A DNA stretch of 64,000 nucleotides from Candidatus Latescibacterota bacterium (lineage in GTDB: Bacteria > Latescibacterota > UBA2968 > UBA8231). The notes beneath the pieces are model-generated. The model was not told where the DNA came from, did no database searches, and was given only the letters and a program-made list of their open reading frames with translations. Location: the NCBI GenBank assembly GCA_965203355.1, contig OZ241889.1, forward strand, positions 800,001 through 864,000, in the 5' to 3' direction. The number at the start of each line of letters is the position of its first letter. Positions within the stretch are counted from its first letter, which is position 1. This document shows, piece by piece, positions 33,030 through 45,311 of this stretch. The position numbers and the translations under genes were made by a program.

Positions 33030-34453
33030 CAAGCGGCGGTTTGTTCCGGCTCGTACACAACGGGCGCGAATGAGTGGCGCACGACTTGGCGAACTTCGGT
33101 CAGCGAGGCCATCTGGCCTAGACCCATAAGCTGGAGCATTAGATTGCCGATGGCCGTTGCTTCGAGCGGCCCGGCGATGACCGGACGACCGGTAGCCGAA
33201 GCGGTAAACTGGCAGAGCAGGCGGTTTTGGATCCCGCCGCCGACGATGTGGATGCATTCGAGGCGGCGGGCGAGAATGGTCTCTAGCGCGTCGAGTACGT
33301 AGCGGTATTTAAACGCTAGGCTTTCGAGAGCCACGCGCACGACTTGTCCCTCGTCGGCGGGAATGGCTTGGCCCGTCGCTTGGCAATAGGCGCGGATGCT
33401 GGCGGGCATGTCGCCCGGCGCGAGAAAGCACTCGGCGTCTGGATCGACAAAAGCGGTAAAGGGCGCCGCCCTTTGGGCCATGGCCGTCAGCTCGTCGTAG
33501 GAAAAGGTGCGCCCCTCGCGCTGCCACGTGCGCCGGCACTCCTGTATTAGCCATAGCCCCATGATATTTTTCAGGAAGCGGTAGGTCGGCCCGACGCCTC
33601 CTTCGTTGGTGAAATTGTACTGGAATGCTTGGCGGCTGATGAGCGGTTGGTCGAGCTCGACGCCCATCAGCGACCAAGTGCCCGAGCTGATGTAGGCATA
33701 GTCGCGGACTTCGGCGGGCACTGCGGCCACGGCCGCGCCCGTATCGTGAGTGGCTGGAGCGACGACCGGGACCGAGTTGAGCCCTGTTTCAGCGGCAATA
33801 GAAGGCAGGAGCGAACCTAGGCGGGTGCCAGGCTGGACGATCTGGGGCAGAAAATGGGTCGGCAGCCCCAGCCTTTCTAGCAGTTCGATCGACCAAGTGC
33901 CTTGACGCGGATTGTAGAACTGGGTCGTAGTGGCGTTGGAAAACTCGCAGATTTTAGTGCCGGTAAAGTAAAAATTGAAAAGGTCGGCCATCATCAAGAA
34001 GGTCTGCGCCCATTCCAGCAAGGGCGAGTCGCGCAGCGAAAGCAGTTGATACAAGGTGTTGAGCTTCAAAAACTGCACGCCGGTGTGCGCGAAAATTTCC
34101 TCGCGCGGCACTTGGGCGAAGGCTTCCTCCACCATGCCGTCGGTGCGCGGGTCGCGGTAGTTGCGCGGGTTGTCTAAGAGCACGTCCCCGGGCCCGAGGA
34201 GGGCGAAATCAACGCCCCAAGTATCGACGCCGATCGCATCAAGTGCCTTGCCGTGTGTGTGGGCAAACAGGCCGAGGGCTTGTTTCATTTCGGCGAAGAG
34301 GCGCAAAGGATCCCAGTAGAGGCGGTCGAAAACTCGCACCGGACCGTTTGCAAAGCGGTGCAGCTCGTCTAAGGATAGGCGCTCGCCATCGAAATGCCCG
34401 ACGATGGCGCGGCCACTCTCGGCCCCTAAGTCGAAGGCGAGCAGCTTGCTCAT
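32984..34453 (-). CDS. rhaB: Rhamnulokinase / FGGY carbohydrate kinase
   Basis: AFDLGAESGR, GVDTWGVDF, YRD.RT, NTLYQL, HDT..AV, ISSGTWSLMG, TNEGG, KNIMGLW. Confidence 0.92.
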   Translation of the reverse strand: MSKLLAFDLGAESGRAIVGHFDGERLSLDELHRFANGPVRVFDRLYWDPLRLFAEMKQALGLFAHTHGKALDAIGVDTWGVDFALLGPGDVLLDNPRNYRDPRTDGMVEEAFAQVPREEIFAHTGVQFLKLNTLYQLLSLRDSPLLEWAQTFLMMADLFNFYFTGTKICEFSNATTTQFYNPRQGTWSIELLERLGLPTHFLPQIVQPGTRLGSLLPSIAAETGLNSVPVVAPATHDTGAAVAAVPAEVRDYAYISSGTWSLMGVELDQPLISRQAFQYNFTNEGGVGPTYRFLKNIMGLWLIQECRRTWQREGRTFSYDELTAMAQRAAPFTAFVDPDAECFLAPGDMPASIRAYCQATGQAIPADEGQVVRVALESLAFKYRYVLDALETILARRLECIHIVGGGIQNRLLCQFTASATGRPVIAGPLEATAIGNLMLQLMGLGQMASLTEVRQVVRHSFAPVVYEPEQTAAWDAAYDRSHPLLSPA

Positions 34454-34728
34454 AGGTAGTTGAGACCGAGCTCGGAAACTAACTCGCGCGTATCGCTGTC
34501 GAGGAGGGCGCAAATCAAGGCGAAGCCCAACTCGCGCTCCATGGCCGCGGCGTACGCGGTGTGTTCGTCGCGAAAATTGATCCGCTGGAAGCCGAGGACG
34601 GCTTCTTTGAAATCCTCGCGCCGCTCGTAGAGTACAACTTGGGCAATGGGCGCGTTGGCAAGTGCCTCGGAGACAAAGGATACGCCGAAAATTTCCTCCA
34701 AGGCGTTTCTGAGCTGGCGGTGTAGCAT
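34450..34728 (-). CDS. Small hypothetical protein
   Basis: 92 aa; stop overlaps the rhaB start (ATGA). Confidence 0.7.
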   Translation of the reverse strand: MLHRQLRNALEEIFGVSFVSEALANAPIAQVVLYERREDFKEAVLGFQRINFRDEHTAYAAAMERELGFALICALLDSDTRELVSELGLNYL

Positions 34729-34935
34729 TTAGAAGGGATAGACCTCGTCGAGCCGGTGCTTCAGCGCACTGCTGCGCTGCTCGCTGTCGTCTTCAATCGC
34801 GTACTGGACGATAGGGGCGCGCCGCCAATAGCTCAACAGGGCCTCGAAATTGAGGGTGGGCTGGTGAAACTCCAAGCGGAAGACCAAAAAAGCGCGGAGC
34901 AAGTTTTTGACCATAGCTATCTGATCGCTTTTCAC
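34729..34935 (-). CDS. Small hypothetical protein
   Basis: 68 aa; fills the gap after purC and its stop abuts the next ATG. Confidence 0.55.
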   Translation of the reverse strand: MKSDQIAMVKNLLRAFLVFRLEFHQPTLNFEALLSYWRRAPIVQYAIEDDSEQRSSALKHRLDEVYPF

Positions 34936-34950
34936 GCCCGGACGGGGTGG

Positions 34951-35919
34951 TTAGCTAAGGTACTCCGCAATCCGCTCCTCAATGCGTTGCAAGACGGGCA
35001 TTGCGCCGAGTTCGGCGTCGAAGTCTGTGCCTGTAACCCGTTGGAAAAGGTCGATATAGCGCTCGGCAACTTGGACGCGGATCTCGTCGTCGAGCGCGGG
35101 GATATTGTCGTCGGAAATGCCCTTGTCGCGGAGCCAGAGGCGCAGAAACTCCTTGTCGAGGCTTTCGGGCTCCTCGCCGCTTGCGTGGCGTTCTGCATAG
35201 GTGTCGCTGATCCAGAAGCGCGACGAATCGGGCGTGTGGATCTCGTCGGCAAGCGTGATGCGCCCGTCCGCATCCAGCCCCATTTCGTATTTGGTATCCA
35301 CGAGGATTAACCCTTGCTTGGCCGCTAGCGCCTCACCGCGCGCAAAAAGCGCGAGGGCGATCTCCTCGACTTGGGCCCAAGTGTCTTCTGGCACGAGACC
35401 TTGGGCGATGATCTCGTCGCGCGAAATCAGCTCGTCGTGGACCTCGTCCTTGGTCGTCGGCGTGATAATCGCCTCGTTGAAGGGCTGGTTTTTGACCATG
35501 CCGTCGGGCAGCGTGTGGCCGCAATAGTGCCGCACGCCTCTGTTGTAATGGGTCCAGATGGCGGTGTCCGAACTGCCCGTCAGATACTTGCGCACCACCA
35601 CCTCGACGGGCAGGATGTCCAACTCGCGGGCGACGGTGACGTTGGCGTCGGGCACTGAGATGATTTGATTGGGGGCGATGTCTTGGGTCTGCTCAAACCA
35701 GTACTGGGCAATGCGGTTGAGCACTTGGCCCTTGAGGGGAATGGTGCCGAGCACGTGGTCGAACGCGCTTTGGCGATCCGTCGTGATTAGTACGCGATGG
35801 TTTTCGAGCAAGTACATATCGCGCACCTTGCCGCGCTTATAGCGCGACTCCCACTGGGGGAATTTGGCCTCCAGCAGACAGTTGTCGAGTTGGGATTGGA
35901 TCTGTTGGCGAGTTACCAT
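34951..35919 (-). CDS. purC: SAICAR synthetase
   Basis: GKVRD.Y, TDR.SAFD, P.KGQVL, VEVVVR.YLTGS, LVDTKYE.G, DEIHTPDSSRFW, DKEF.R.W. Confidence 0.96.
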   Translation of the reverse strand: MVTRQQIQSQLDNCLLEAKFPQWESRYKRGKVRDMYLLENHRVLITTDRQSAFDHVLGTIPLKGQVLNRIAQYWFEQTQDIAPNQIISVPDANVTVARELDILPVEVVVRKYLTGSSDTAIWTHYNRGVRHYCGHTLPDGMVKNQPFNEAIITPTTKDEVHDELISRDEIIAQGLVPEDTWAQVEEIALALFARGEALAAKQGLILVDTKYEMGLDADGRITLADEIHTPDSSRFWISDTYAERHASGEEPESLDKEFLRLWLRDKGISDDNIPALDDEIRVQVAERYIDLFQRVTGTDFDAELGAMPVLQRIEERIAEYLS

Positions 35920-36094
35920 AGAATAGATGTCCTCAAGCAAGAGAGTAAGGGGCGATAAAATTGATATTATGAGCGCGTACAAACCCCGTCAATAGGGGCC
36001 GACGGAGCGCGTGCTTGATTTTCGTCTCTCGGCGGCGTATCTTGAGGCCGACGAAACGGACGAGGACAATCTCACCCCTACAAGGGAGGTCTAT

Positions 36095-36577
36095 ATGTCG
36101 AGGAAACTGGCTGCGTTGGCACTAGCAATAGGTCTGGTCGCCTGTGGTGGCGAGGAGGCAGAGAAGCAGATTCTGGTCGAATATGTCCAGCAGATGCAGA
36201 AACTAGACGACAAAAACAAGCAGATTGTCGAGACCATTGAGCATTTGAGAAAACCGCTCTCCGAGATTTCTGATCAGGACTTGGCCAAAGCGCGCCGACT
36301 CATCAACGACTATGTCACAGAGTTGCAAGGACTCGTGCCAGACGATCTGGACTATAAGGAATTGCGCCTGGCCCACAATCTCTACGTCACGAAGGTCGCG
36401 GACGCAATTCAACTGTCCGGCGACAAAGGCCGCGAGTTGCGGCGCGAAAAGAGCAACGTGGACATCGGCGTACGCCACATCGAGAAGCTGACCATCCGGC
36501 ATTACAAAGCCGTTGACATCTTGTGGTTACAGCGGAAGATCGCGGATTCCTATCCGCTCGCGTGGCCCTCTAGCTAG
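36095..36577 (+). CDS. Hypothetical helical lipoprotein
   Basis: RBS GGAGG; lipobox LVAC. Confidence 0.75.
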   Translation: MSRKLAALALAIGLVACGGEEAEKQILVEYVQQMQKLDDKNKQIVETIEHLRKPLSEISDQDLAKARRLINDYVTELQGLVPDDLDYKELRLAHNLYVTKVADAIQLSGDKGRELRREKSNVDIGVRHIEKLTIRHYKAVDILWLQRKIADSYPLAWPSS

Positions 36578-36599
36578 CAGCTATAAACACCAACGCGAG

Positions 36600-36636
36600 A
36601 AAAGCCCCTAGGTCGCCATGCGGCCGGGGGCTTTTT
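36600..36636. terminator. Bidirectional terminator
   Basis: AAAAGCCCC...GGGGCTTTTT between convergent genes. Confidence 0.7.
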
Positions 36637-36641
36637 GCGTT

Positions 36642-38120
36642 CTATGGCACCCGGTGTAACCAGTGCTGGCTGCTGGAGAGCAAACCGGTGTAGAGAAAGC
36701 CGGCGTGGAACAACAGCAGAAAGGGCATCCCCAAGTAGAGGCCAGCCGCATAGGCGAGGTAGAGCGCGAAGACGAAGTAGAGTGCCATGCCCAGTTCGCC
36801 CAAAGACAGCAGCGGCCAGCGGCTTAGGTACCTGCGCTGCTGGCCTTGGTCTCGGCGTCCGGTAAGCCCGTATTTGGGCGTGCGGTGGAAAGCGGTTTGG
36901 TACCCGACGAGCCCCTCGACTACCGCTCGGGTGTTGTTGATGCAGAGACTCATGCCAATGGCCATCAGCATGGGCAAGTACTTGATCTGTCGTCGCCAAT
37001 CTGGATAGAGTACGCGCTGGGAGGTAATGTAGAAGCCAGAAATGGCCATGGTGGCAAAAGAAAACAGCGGCAGGTCGATGATAAAGAACCGCTCCCAGCC
37101 GAGTTGCGAGCGAATGGAAAGCACCGGAACGGTCAATAAGGCCATCAAGAGCATCATAATGTAGCAGAGATTGGCCGTTAGATGGAAGGTGGCCTCGACC
37201 TTGATCTTAGCTGGGAGCGGAGCGCGCCAAATCCGCGGCAGCACCTTCTTGGCCGTTTGGACCGCGCCCTTGGTCCAGCGGTGCTGTTGCGACTTGAAGG
37301 CATTGATTTCGATGGGGAGCTCGCCGGGCACTTCAATTTCGGGCAGGTAGAGAAACTGCCAGCCTGCCAGTTGGGCGCGGTAGCTCAAGTCGAGGTCTTC
37401 GGTGAGCGTGTCGTGCTGCCAGCCGCCGGCGTCGTAGATGGCCTTTTTGCGCCAAATCCCCCCGGTCCCATTGAAGTTGAAGAAGCGACCCGAGCGGTTG
37501 CGGGCCGTGTGCTCGACGACGAAGTGGCCGTCGAGAAAGATCGACTGGATGCGCGTCAGGAGCGAGTAGGAGCGGTTGAGGTGTCCCCAGCGCATCTGCA
37601 CCATGCCGATGGAATCGTCGGTAAAGTAGTGAATGGCTCGCTGGAGGATGTCGGGAGAGGGCACGAAATCCGCGTCGAGCACCAACACGAATTCGCCTTG
37701 GGCGCACGCTAACCCCGCAGCCAAGGCCCCAGCCTTAAAGCCATGGCGCTTGGTGCGGCCGAGGTACTCGATATCCAGCCCTTGGGCCGCCAGCCGTGCG
37801 ACCCCTTTCCGCGCCCGGTCGCGGGTTTCGTCCTGCGAGTCGTCGAGGACTTGGATTTGCAGGCGATCGCGGGGATAGTCGATCTGACCCACGGCCTCTA
37901 GCAGGCGATCGACCACGTGATATTCGTTGTAGAGCGGTAGCTGGATGGTGACGAAGGGCAGCTCGGCGAAGCGGTCGGGCTGGGGAACTGGAGTTGGGTG
38001 ATGTCGATAAAACAGGCGCAGTAGCTGGTAGCGGTGGAGGCCGTAAACGCCCAGAACGGCGATGATAATGCTGTACGACACCAAACAGAGTACTTCCCAG
38101 AAACTCATATCGCTTTCCAC
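36642..38120 (-). CDS. GT2 processive glycosyltransferase (cellulose/mannan-synthase-like)
   Basis: QLP.YNE, LDDS.D, KAGAL, DADF, TEDLDLSYR, QQHRW; C-terminal TM helices. Confidence 0.9.
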   Translation of the reverse strand: MESDMSFWEVLCLVSYSIIIAVLGVYGLHRYQLLRLFYRHHPTPVPQPDRFAELPFVTIQLPLYNEYHVVDRLLEAVGQIDYPRDRLQIQVLDDSQDETRDRARKGVARLAAQGLDIEYLGRTKRHGFKAGALAAGLACAQGEFVLVLDADFVPSPDILQRAIHYFTDDSIGMVQMRWGHLNRSYSLLTRIQSIFLDGHFVVEHTARNRSGRFFNFNGTGGIWRKKAIYDAGGWQHDTLTEDLDLSYRAQLAGWQFLYLPEIEVPGELPIEINAFKSQQHRWTKGAVQTAKKVLPRIWRAPLPAKIKVEATFHLTANLCYIMMLLMALLTVPVLSIRSQLGWERFFIIDLPLFSFATMAISGFYITSQRVLYPDWRRQIKYLPMLMAIGMSLCINNTRAVVEGLVGYQTAFHRTPKYGLTGRRDQGQQRRYLSRWPLLSLGELGMALYFVFALYLAYAAGLYLGMPFLLLFHAGFLYTGLLSSSQHWLHRVP

Positions 38121-38122
38121 GC

Positions 38123-41383
<3,261 letters not shown>

Positions 41384-41433
41384 ACTAAATCCTCTTAACT
41401 AGTACCACGCCGCGGCCTCGACACACGGTCAAC

Positions 41434-41901
41434 TCAGACGCTGAGCCCCTTCTGGTGCGCGACGCCGTCGAGGACGCCATTGACGAAAGCATAGGACTTA
41501 TCGGTGCTATAGGACTTGGCTAGCTCGACCGCTTCAAAAATGGAGACCCGGACTGGAATTTCCTCAATAAAGAGCATCTCGGCCAAGGCCAAGCGCAAAA
41601 TCAAGCGATCGATGCGGGCGATGCGCTCCCAGCGCCAGTGCTGGACCCGGGCCGCGGCCAGCGCGTCTAACTCGTCGGCGTGCTCGGCTGTGCGCTGCAA
41701 GAGTTCGGCCGCAAAGGACTGCACCTCTTGCGCCAGACTAAAGCGCGCACAAAGCTGATCCAGCGCGCCGAGGGAGTCGGTTGCTGCACTCTGTTGCCAG
41801 TACAGGGCTTGCAAGGCCACTTGGCGGGCACCGTGGCGATTGTTGGGAGGTGCCTCGTCGGCCGAGGTCCCATCGCCAAAAAAATCGTCCTCGCCGTTCA
41901 T
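41434..41901 (-). CDS. nusB: Transcription antitermination factor NusB
   Basis: R..ARQ.ALQALY, IDR.ILRLA, EAVELAK.Y, FVNGVLD. Confidence 0.95.
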   Translation of the reverse strand: MNGEDDFFGDGTSADEAPPNNRHGARQVALQALYWQQSAATDSLGALDQLCARFSLAQEVQSFAAELLQRTAEHADELDALAAARVQHWRWERIARIDRLILRLALAEMLFIEEIPVRVSIFEAVELAKSYSTDKSYAFVNGVLDGVAHQKGLSV

Positions 41902-42365
41902 CCTAACTCGGCCATCAAGCTGGCCATTTCAACCGCGTTGAGGGCGGCGTCCCAGCCGCGATTGCCGGCCTTGACGCCCGCGCGCTGCACGGCCTGCTCG
42001 ACCGTGTCAGCGGTGATGACGCCAAAGATCACCGGAATACCGCTGTCGAGGCCGACGCGAGCAATGCCCTTAGCCGACTCGCTGGCCACATAGTCGAAGT
42101 GGGGCGTATCGCTGCGGACGATAGCTCCCAAGCAAATGACGACGTCAAAGCGACCTGTGTCGGCTAGCTTCTTGGCGGCCATGGGCAACTCAAAAGCACC
42201 GGGGACCCAGGCAATCTCTATGTCGCTGCCGTCGCCGCCGTGTCGCTGAATGCAGTCCAATGCGCCGTCGAGGAGCCGGGTGGTCACCAAGTCGTTGAAG
42301 CGGCTGACCGCAATGCCGAACTTGCGGCCTCGGGCGTCGAGCTGTCCTTCATGCACTTTTGGCAT
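41898..42365 (-). CDS. ribH: Lumazine synthase
   Basis: [24 protein letters not shown]. Confidence 0.97.
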   Translation of the reverse strand: MPKVHEGQLDARGRKFGIAVSRFNDLVTTRLLDGALDCIQRHGGDGSDIEIAWVPGAFELPMAAKKLADTGRFDVVICLGAIVRSDTPHFDYVASESAKGIARVGLDSGIPVIFGVITADTVEQAVQRAGVKAGNRGWDAALNAVEMASLMAELG

Positions 42366-43599
42366 GCTTTTCGTCCTCGGCGGCTGCGCGCTTGAGCAAG
42401 AGGGCGTGGCCCATCTTGTCGCGCTTGGTTGTTAGGTAGCGGATATTGTGCGGGTTGGGAGCGGCCTCAATGGGCACTTGCTCGACGACGGTCAAGCCGT
42501 AGGCCTCCAAGCCGACCCGCTTCTTGGGATTGTTGGTCAGAAAGCGCACTCGGCGCAATCCCAGATCGTAAAGCACTTGGGCACCGATGCCGTAGTCGCG
42601 CGAGTCCATGGGGTGGCCGAGGGCCTGGTTGGCTTCAATGGTGTCGAGGCCCTGTTGCTGTTGGAGTTCGTATGCCTTGAGCTTGTGCAAAATGCCGATG
42701 CCGCGCCCTTCGTGATGCTGAATATAGACGATGACGCCACACCCCTCTGCGGCAATGAGCTGCATGGATTGCGCTAGTTGTTCGCCGCAGTCGCACAGCA
42801 GCGAGCCAAGCGCGTCGCCGGTCAGGCAACCCGAATGCATGCGCACCAAGGTGTCGCGGCCAGCGGCGATCTCGCCGTACACGAGGGCGAGGTACGGATT
42901 GTCGTCGACCAAGCTGCGGTACGCATAGGCCGTGAATTCGCCGTAGCGGGTTGGCATGGGCGACTGAGCCTCCAGATGAATCAGTTTCTCGGTGCGACGG
43001 CGGTGGGCAATCAGATCGTGGATGGTGGTAATCTTGAGCTCGTGTTCGCGGGCGAAGTTGAGCAGATAAGGCGCGTCGGCCAGCGCACCCCCTTCGTCGA
43101 GGATAGCGGCGATCAAGGCCACGGGCTGGCCGTCGGCCATCTGCGCTAGATCGACGGCGGCTTCAGTGTGGCCGGCGCGGCGCAACACCCCACCCGGTTG
43201 GGCTTGGAGCGGCGTTACGTACCCGGGCTGGACAAAGTCTTCGGGCTTACTGTCAGGATCGGCTAGTTTGCGGATCGTCGTGGCGCGATCTTGAGCCGAG
43301 ACGCCGGTGCCCGCAATGGCGCGGGCATTGACCGAGACCAGGATCGAGGCCTCCATCGGCTCGTGGGCCTTGGAAATGTGCATGTGTAGTTCAAGAGCCT
43401 TGAGGTGTTCTTCAGGGGCGGCGACTACGGGCGGGCTGCTGGTGCAGCGCGTCGTGAAGTTGACCGAGGCGGCGGTGGCTCGCTCGGCGAGCATCACCAG
43501 TACGCCCTCGCCCACGGCTTCGCACTCGTCGACCAGCACGACCATGCGACCGTTCTTCAGGTCCTTGACGATCTCTTCAATGGTATTGAAATCGTGCAT
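42349..43599 (-). CDS. ribBA: RibBA fusion (GTP cyclohydrolase II with a degenerate DHBP-synthase domain)
   Basis: C-terminal RMHS.CLTGD..GS..CDCG, EGRGIG, TNNP.K; the N-terminal RibB fold keeps [11 protein letters not shown]. Confidence 0.88.
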   Translation of the reverse strand: MHDFNTIEEIVKDLKNGRMVVLVDECEAVGEGVLVMLAERATAASVNFTTRCTSSPPVVAAPEEHLKALELHMHISKAHEPMEASILVSVNARAIAGTGVSAQDRATTIRKLADPDSKPEDFVQPGYVTPLQAQPGGVLRRAGHTEAAVDLAQMADGQPVALIAAILDEGGALADAPYLLNFAREHELKITTIHDLIAHRRRTEKLIHLEAQSPMPTRYGEFTAYAYRSLVDDNPYLALVYGEIAAGRDTLVRMHSGCLTGDALGSLLCDCGEQLAQSMQLIAAEGCGVIVYIQHHEGRGIGILHKLKAYELQQQQGLDTIEANQALGHPMDSRDYGIGAQVLYDLGLRRVRFLTNNPKKRVGLEAYGLTVVEQVPIEAAPNPHNIRYLTTKRDKMGHALLLKRAAAEDEKHAKSA

Positions 43600-43602
43600 T
43601 GC

Positions 43603-44232
43603 TCAGTATCCCATATCGCGCAAGTCCTCGAAGCTGACTTGGGGTGGTCCGCCGAGCAAACGCTCGACATAACGGGCAATCACATCGACTTCGAGGTTGA
43701 CGGAATCACCGGGGTGCCGGTGGCTAAGCGTCGTATTGTCAAATGTATGCGGAATGACCGCAATCGTAAAGGCGTCGCCGCTGACCTCGGCCACCGTCAG
43801 GCTGATGCCGTCGAGGGCCACCGAGCCTTTGGCGGCGATGTAGCGGGCGAAGGCGGGCGGCGGCTCGATCTCAAAGCGATGCTCCCCGTCGCGCTCCGTG
43901 CGCCGGCGAATGCGGGCGATGCCATCGACGTGCCCCAAGACGAGGTGGCCGCCGAGCCGCTGATCGGTGCGGAGGGCGCGCTCTAGGTTGACCGCTTGTC
44001 CGATAGCGAGGACGCCCAAGGTCGTGCGGCCGAGCGTTTCAGCGACGGTTTCGACCGCAAAGCCGCGCTCGCCTATGGCCACCACCGTCTGGCAAACCCC
44101 GTCGATGTTGACGCTGTCTCCCTCCTGCAAGTCGCCGAGAATGCGCTCGGCCGCAATCTCCAACTGCTGAAACGCGCCTCGGCGTACGCGCCCGCGCACG
44201 CGCCCGAGTTCCTCTATGAGTCCGGTGAACAA
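43603..44232 (-). CDS. ribE: Riboflavin synthase alpha chain
   Basis: MFTGLIEE, GVC.TV, VNLERA, GGH.V.GHVD, KGSVALDGISLT. Confidence 0.97.
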   Translation of the reverse strand: MFTGLIEELGRVRGRVRRGAFQQLEIAAERILGDLQEGDSVNIDGVCQTVVAIGERGFAVETVAETLGRTTLGVLAIGQAVNLERALRTDQRLGGHLVLGHVDGIARIRRRTERDGEHRFEIEPPPAFARYIAAKGSVALDGISLTVAEVSGDAFTIAVIPHTFDNTTLSHRHPGDSVNLEVDVIARYVERLLGGPPQVSFEDLRDMGY

Positions 44233-45311
44233 GTGTATTGTACCTCAGCCGTGTAAAGCAGGTCCGGGCCTAGCCGCTGGGTGCGGCTGGACGCCAGGCG
44301 AATGGCCTCGGCTGTGCGCTCGACTCCCAAGTCGCCGATGGCAGCGACCCCCTCGCCCATCAGTCGCGGCGCGATGTAGATCAGGACTTGGTCGACGACG
44401 CGGTCGCCGAGTGCGCTCGCAGCTAGCTGACCGCCGCCTTCGATGATGACGCTGGTCATGCCCTCTTGCGCCATGCGAGCAAGAGGCAAGCGCAGGTCGA
44501 TGCGTCCGGCAGACGCCGGAAAAGTCCAAACCTCGGCCCCTTTGGCTGCATAGGCCCGGCGCTTGTCGGCGGTCGTCTCCTCTGCCGTGACGAGTACGGC
44601 ACCGGGCCGCTGATAGACGTGCGCTTCGGGCGCGGTGCGCAAACGCCCGTCTATGACGATGGGCCGCGGGTCGCGCCCGGGTACGTGGCGCACCGTCAGC
44701 CGGGGATCGTCGGCTTGCACGGTGCCTGCGCCCACGGCCACCGCGTCGACCCAAGAGCGCCAGCGATGGACGTGGCGGCGTGCTTGATCGCCGGTGATCC
44801 AACGTGCGTCGCCGCTGCGTGCCGCAATGCGGCCGTCGAGGGTCTGCGCCAGCTTGAGCAGGACCAAGGGCAGGTTTTGGGTGCGGTGTTTGATGTAGGC
44901 TGCATTGAGACGGCGTGCCTCTTCGGCGCAAAGCCCGAGATCAATGGCGACGCCCTGCTCGCGCAGTGCGGCAATCCCCCGCCCGGCCACGCGCTCATCG
45001 GGATCTTCCATCGCGCAGTAGAGCCGTTTAATGCCAGCGCGCAGCACCGCTTCGGTGCAGGGCGGGGTGCGGCCGTGGAAGGAGCACGGCTCCAGCGTGA
45101 CATAGAGATCGGCCCCCCGCGCCTCGTCGCCAGCCCGGCGCAGGGCGTGGACCTCGGCGTGCGGTCCGCCGACCTTGAGGTGCGTTCCTTCGCCGACGAT
45201 GCAGTCCCCGCGCACCACCACCGCGCCGACCATGGGATTGGGGCTTACTTTGCCGCGCCCTCGCTGCGCCAACCGCAAGGCGCGACGCATGTATTGCGCC
45301 GGCTGGTTCAC
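44214..45311 (-). CDS. ribD: Bifunctional deaminase/reductase RibD
   Basis: PNPMVG, HAE, TLEPC.F.GRTPPC, TLDG.IA, EGG. Confidence 0.97.
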   Translation of the reverse strand: MNQPAQYMRRALRLAQRGRGKVSPNPMVGAVVVRGDCIVGEGTHLKVGGPHAEVHALRRAGDEARGADLYVTLEPCSFHGRTPPCTEAVLRAGIKRLYCAMEDPDERVAGRGIAALREQGVAIDLGLCAEEARRLNAAYIKHRTQNLPLVLLKLAQTLDGRIAARSGDARWITGDQARRHVHRWRSWVDAVAVGAGTVQADDPRLTVRHVPGRDPRPIVIDGRLRTAPEAHVYQRPGAVLVTAEETTADKRRAYAAKGAEVWTFPASAGRIDLRLPLARMAQEGMTSVIIEGGGQLAASALGDRVVDQVLIYIAPRLMGEGVAAIGDLGVERTAEAIRLASSRTQRLGPDLLYTAEVQYTCSPDS

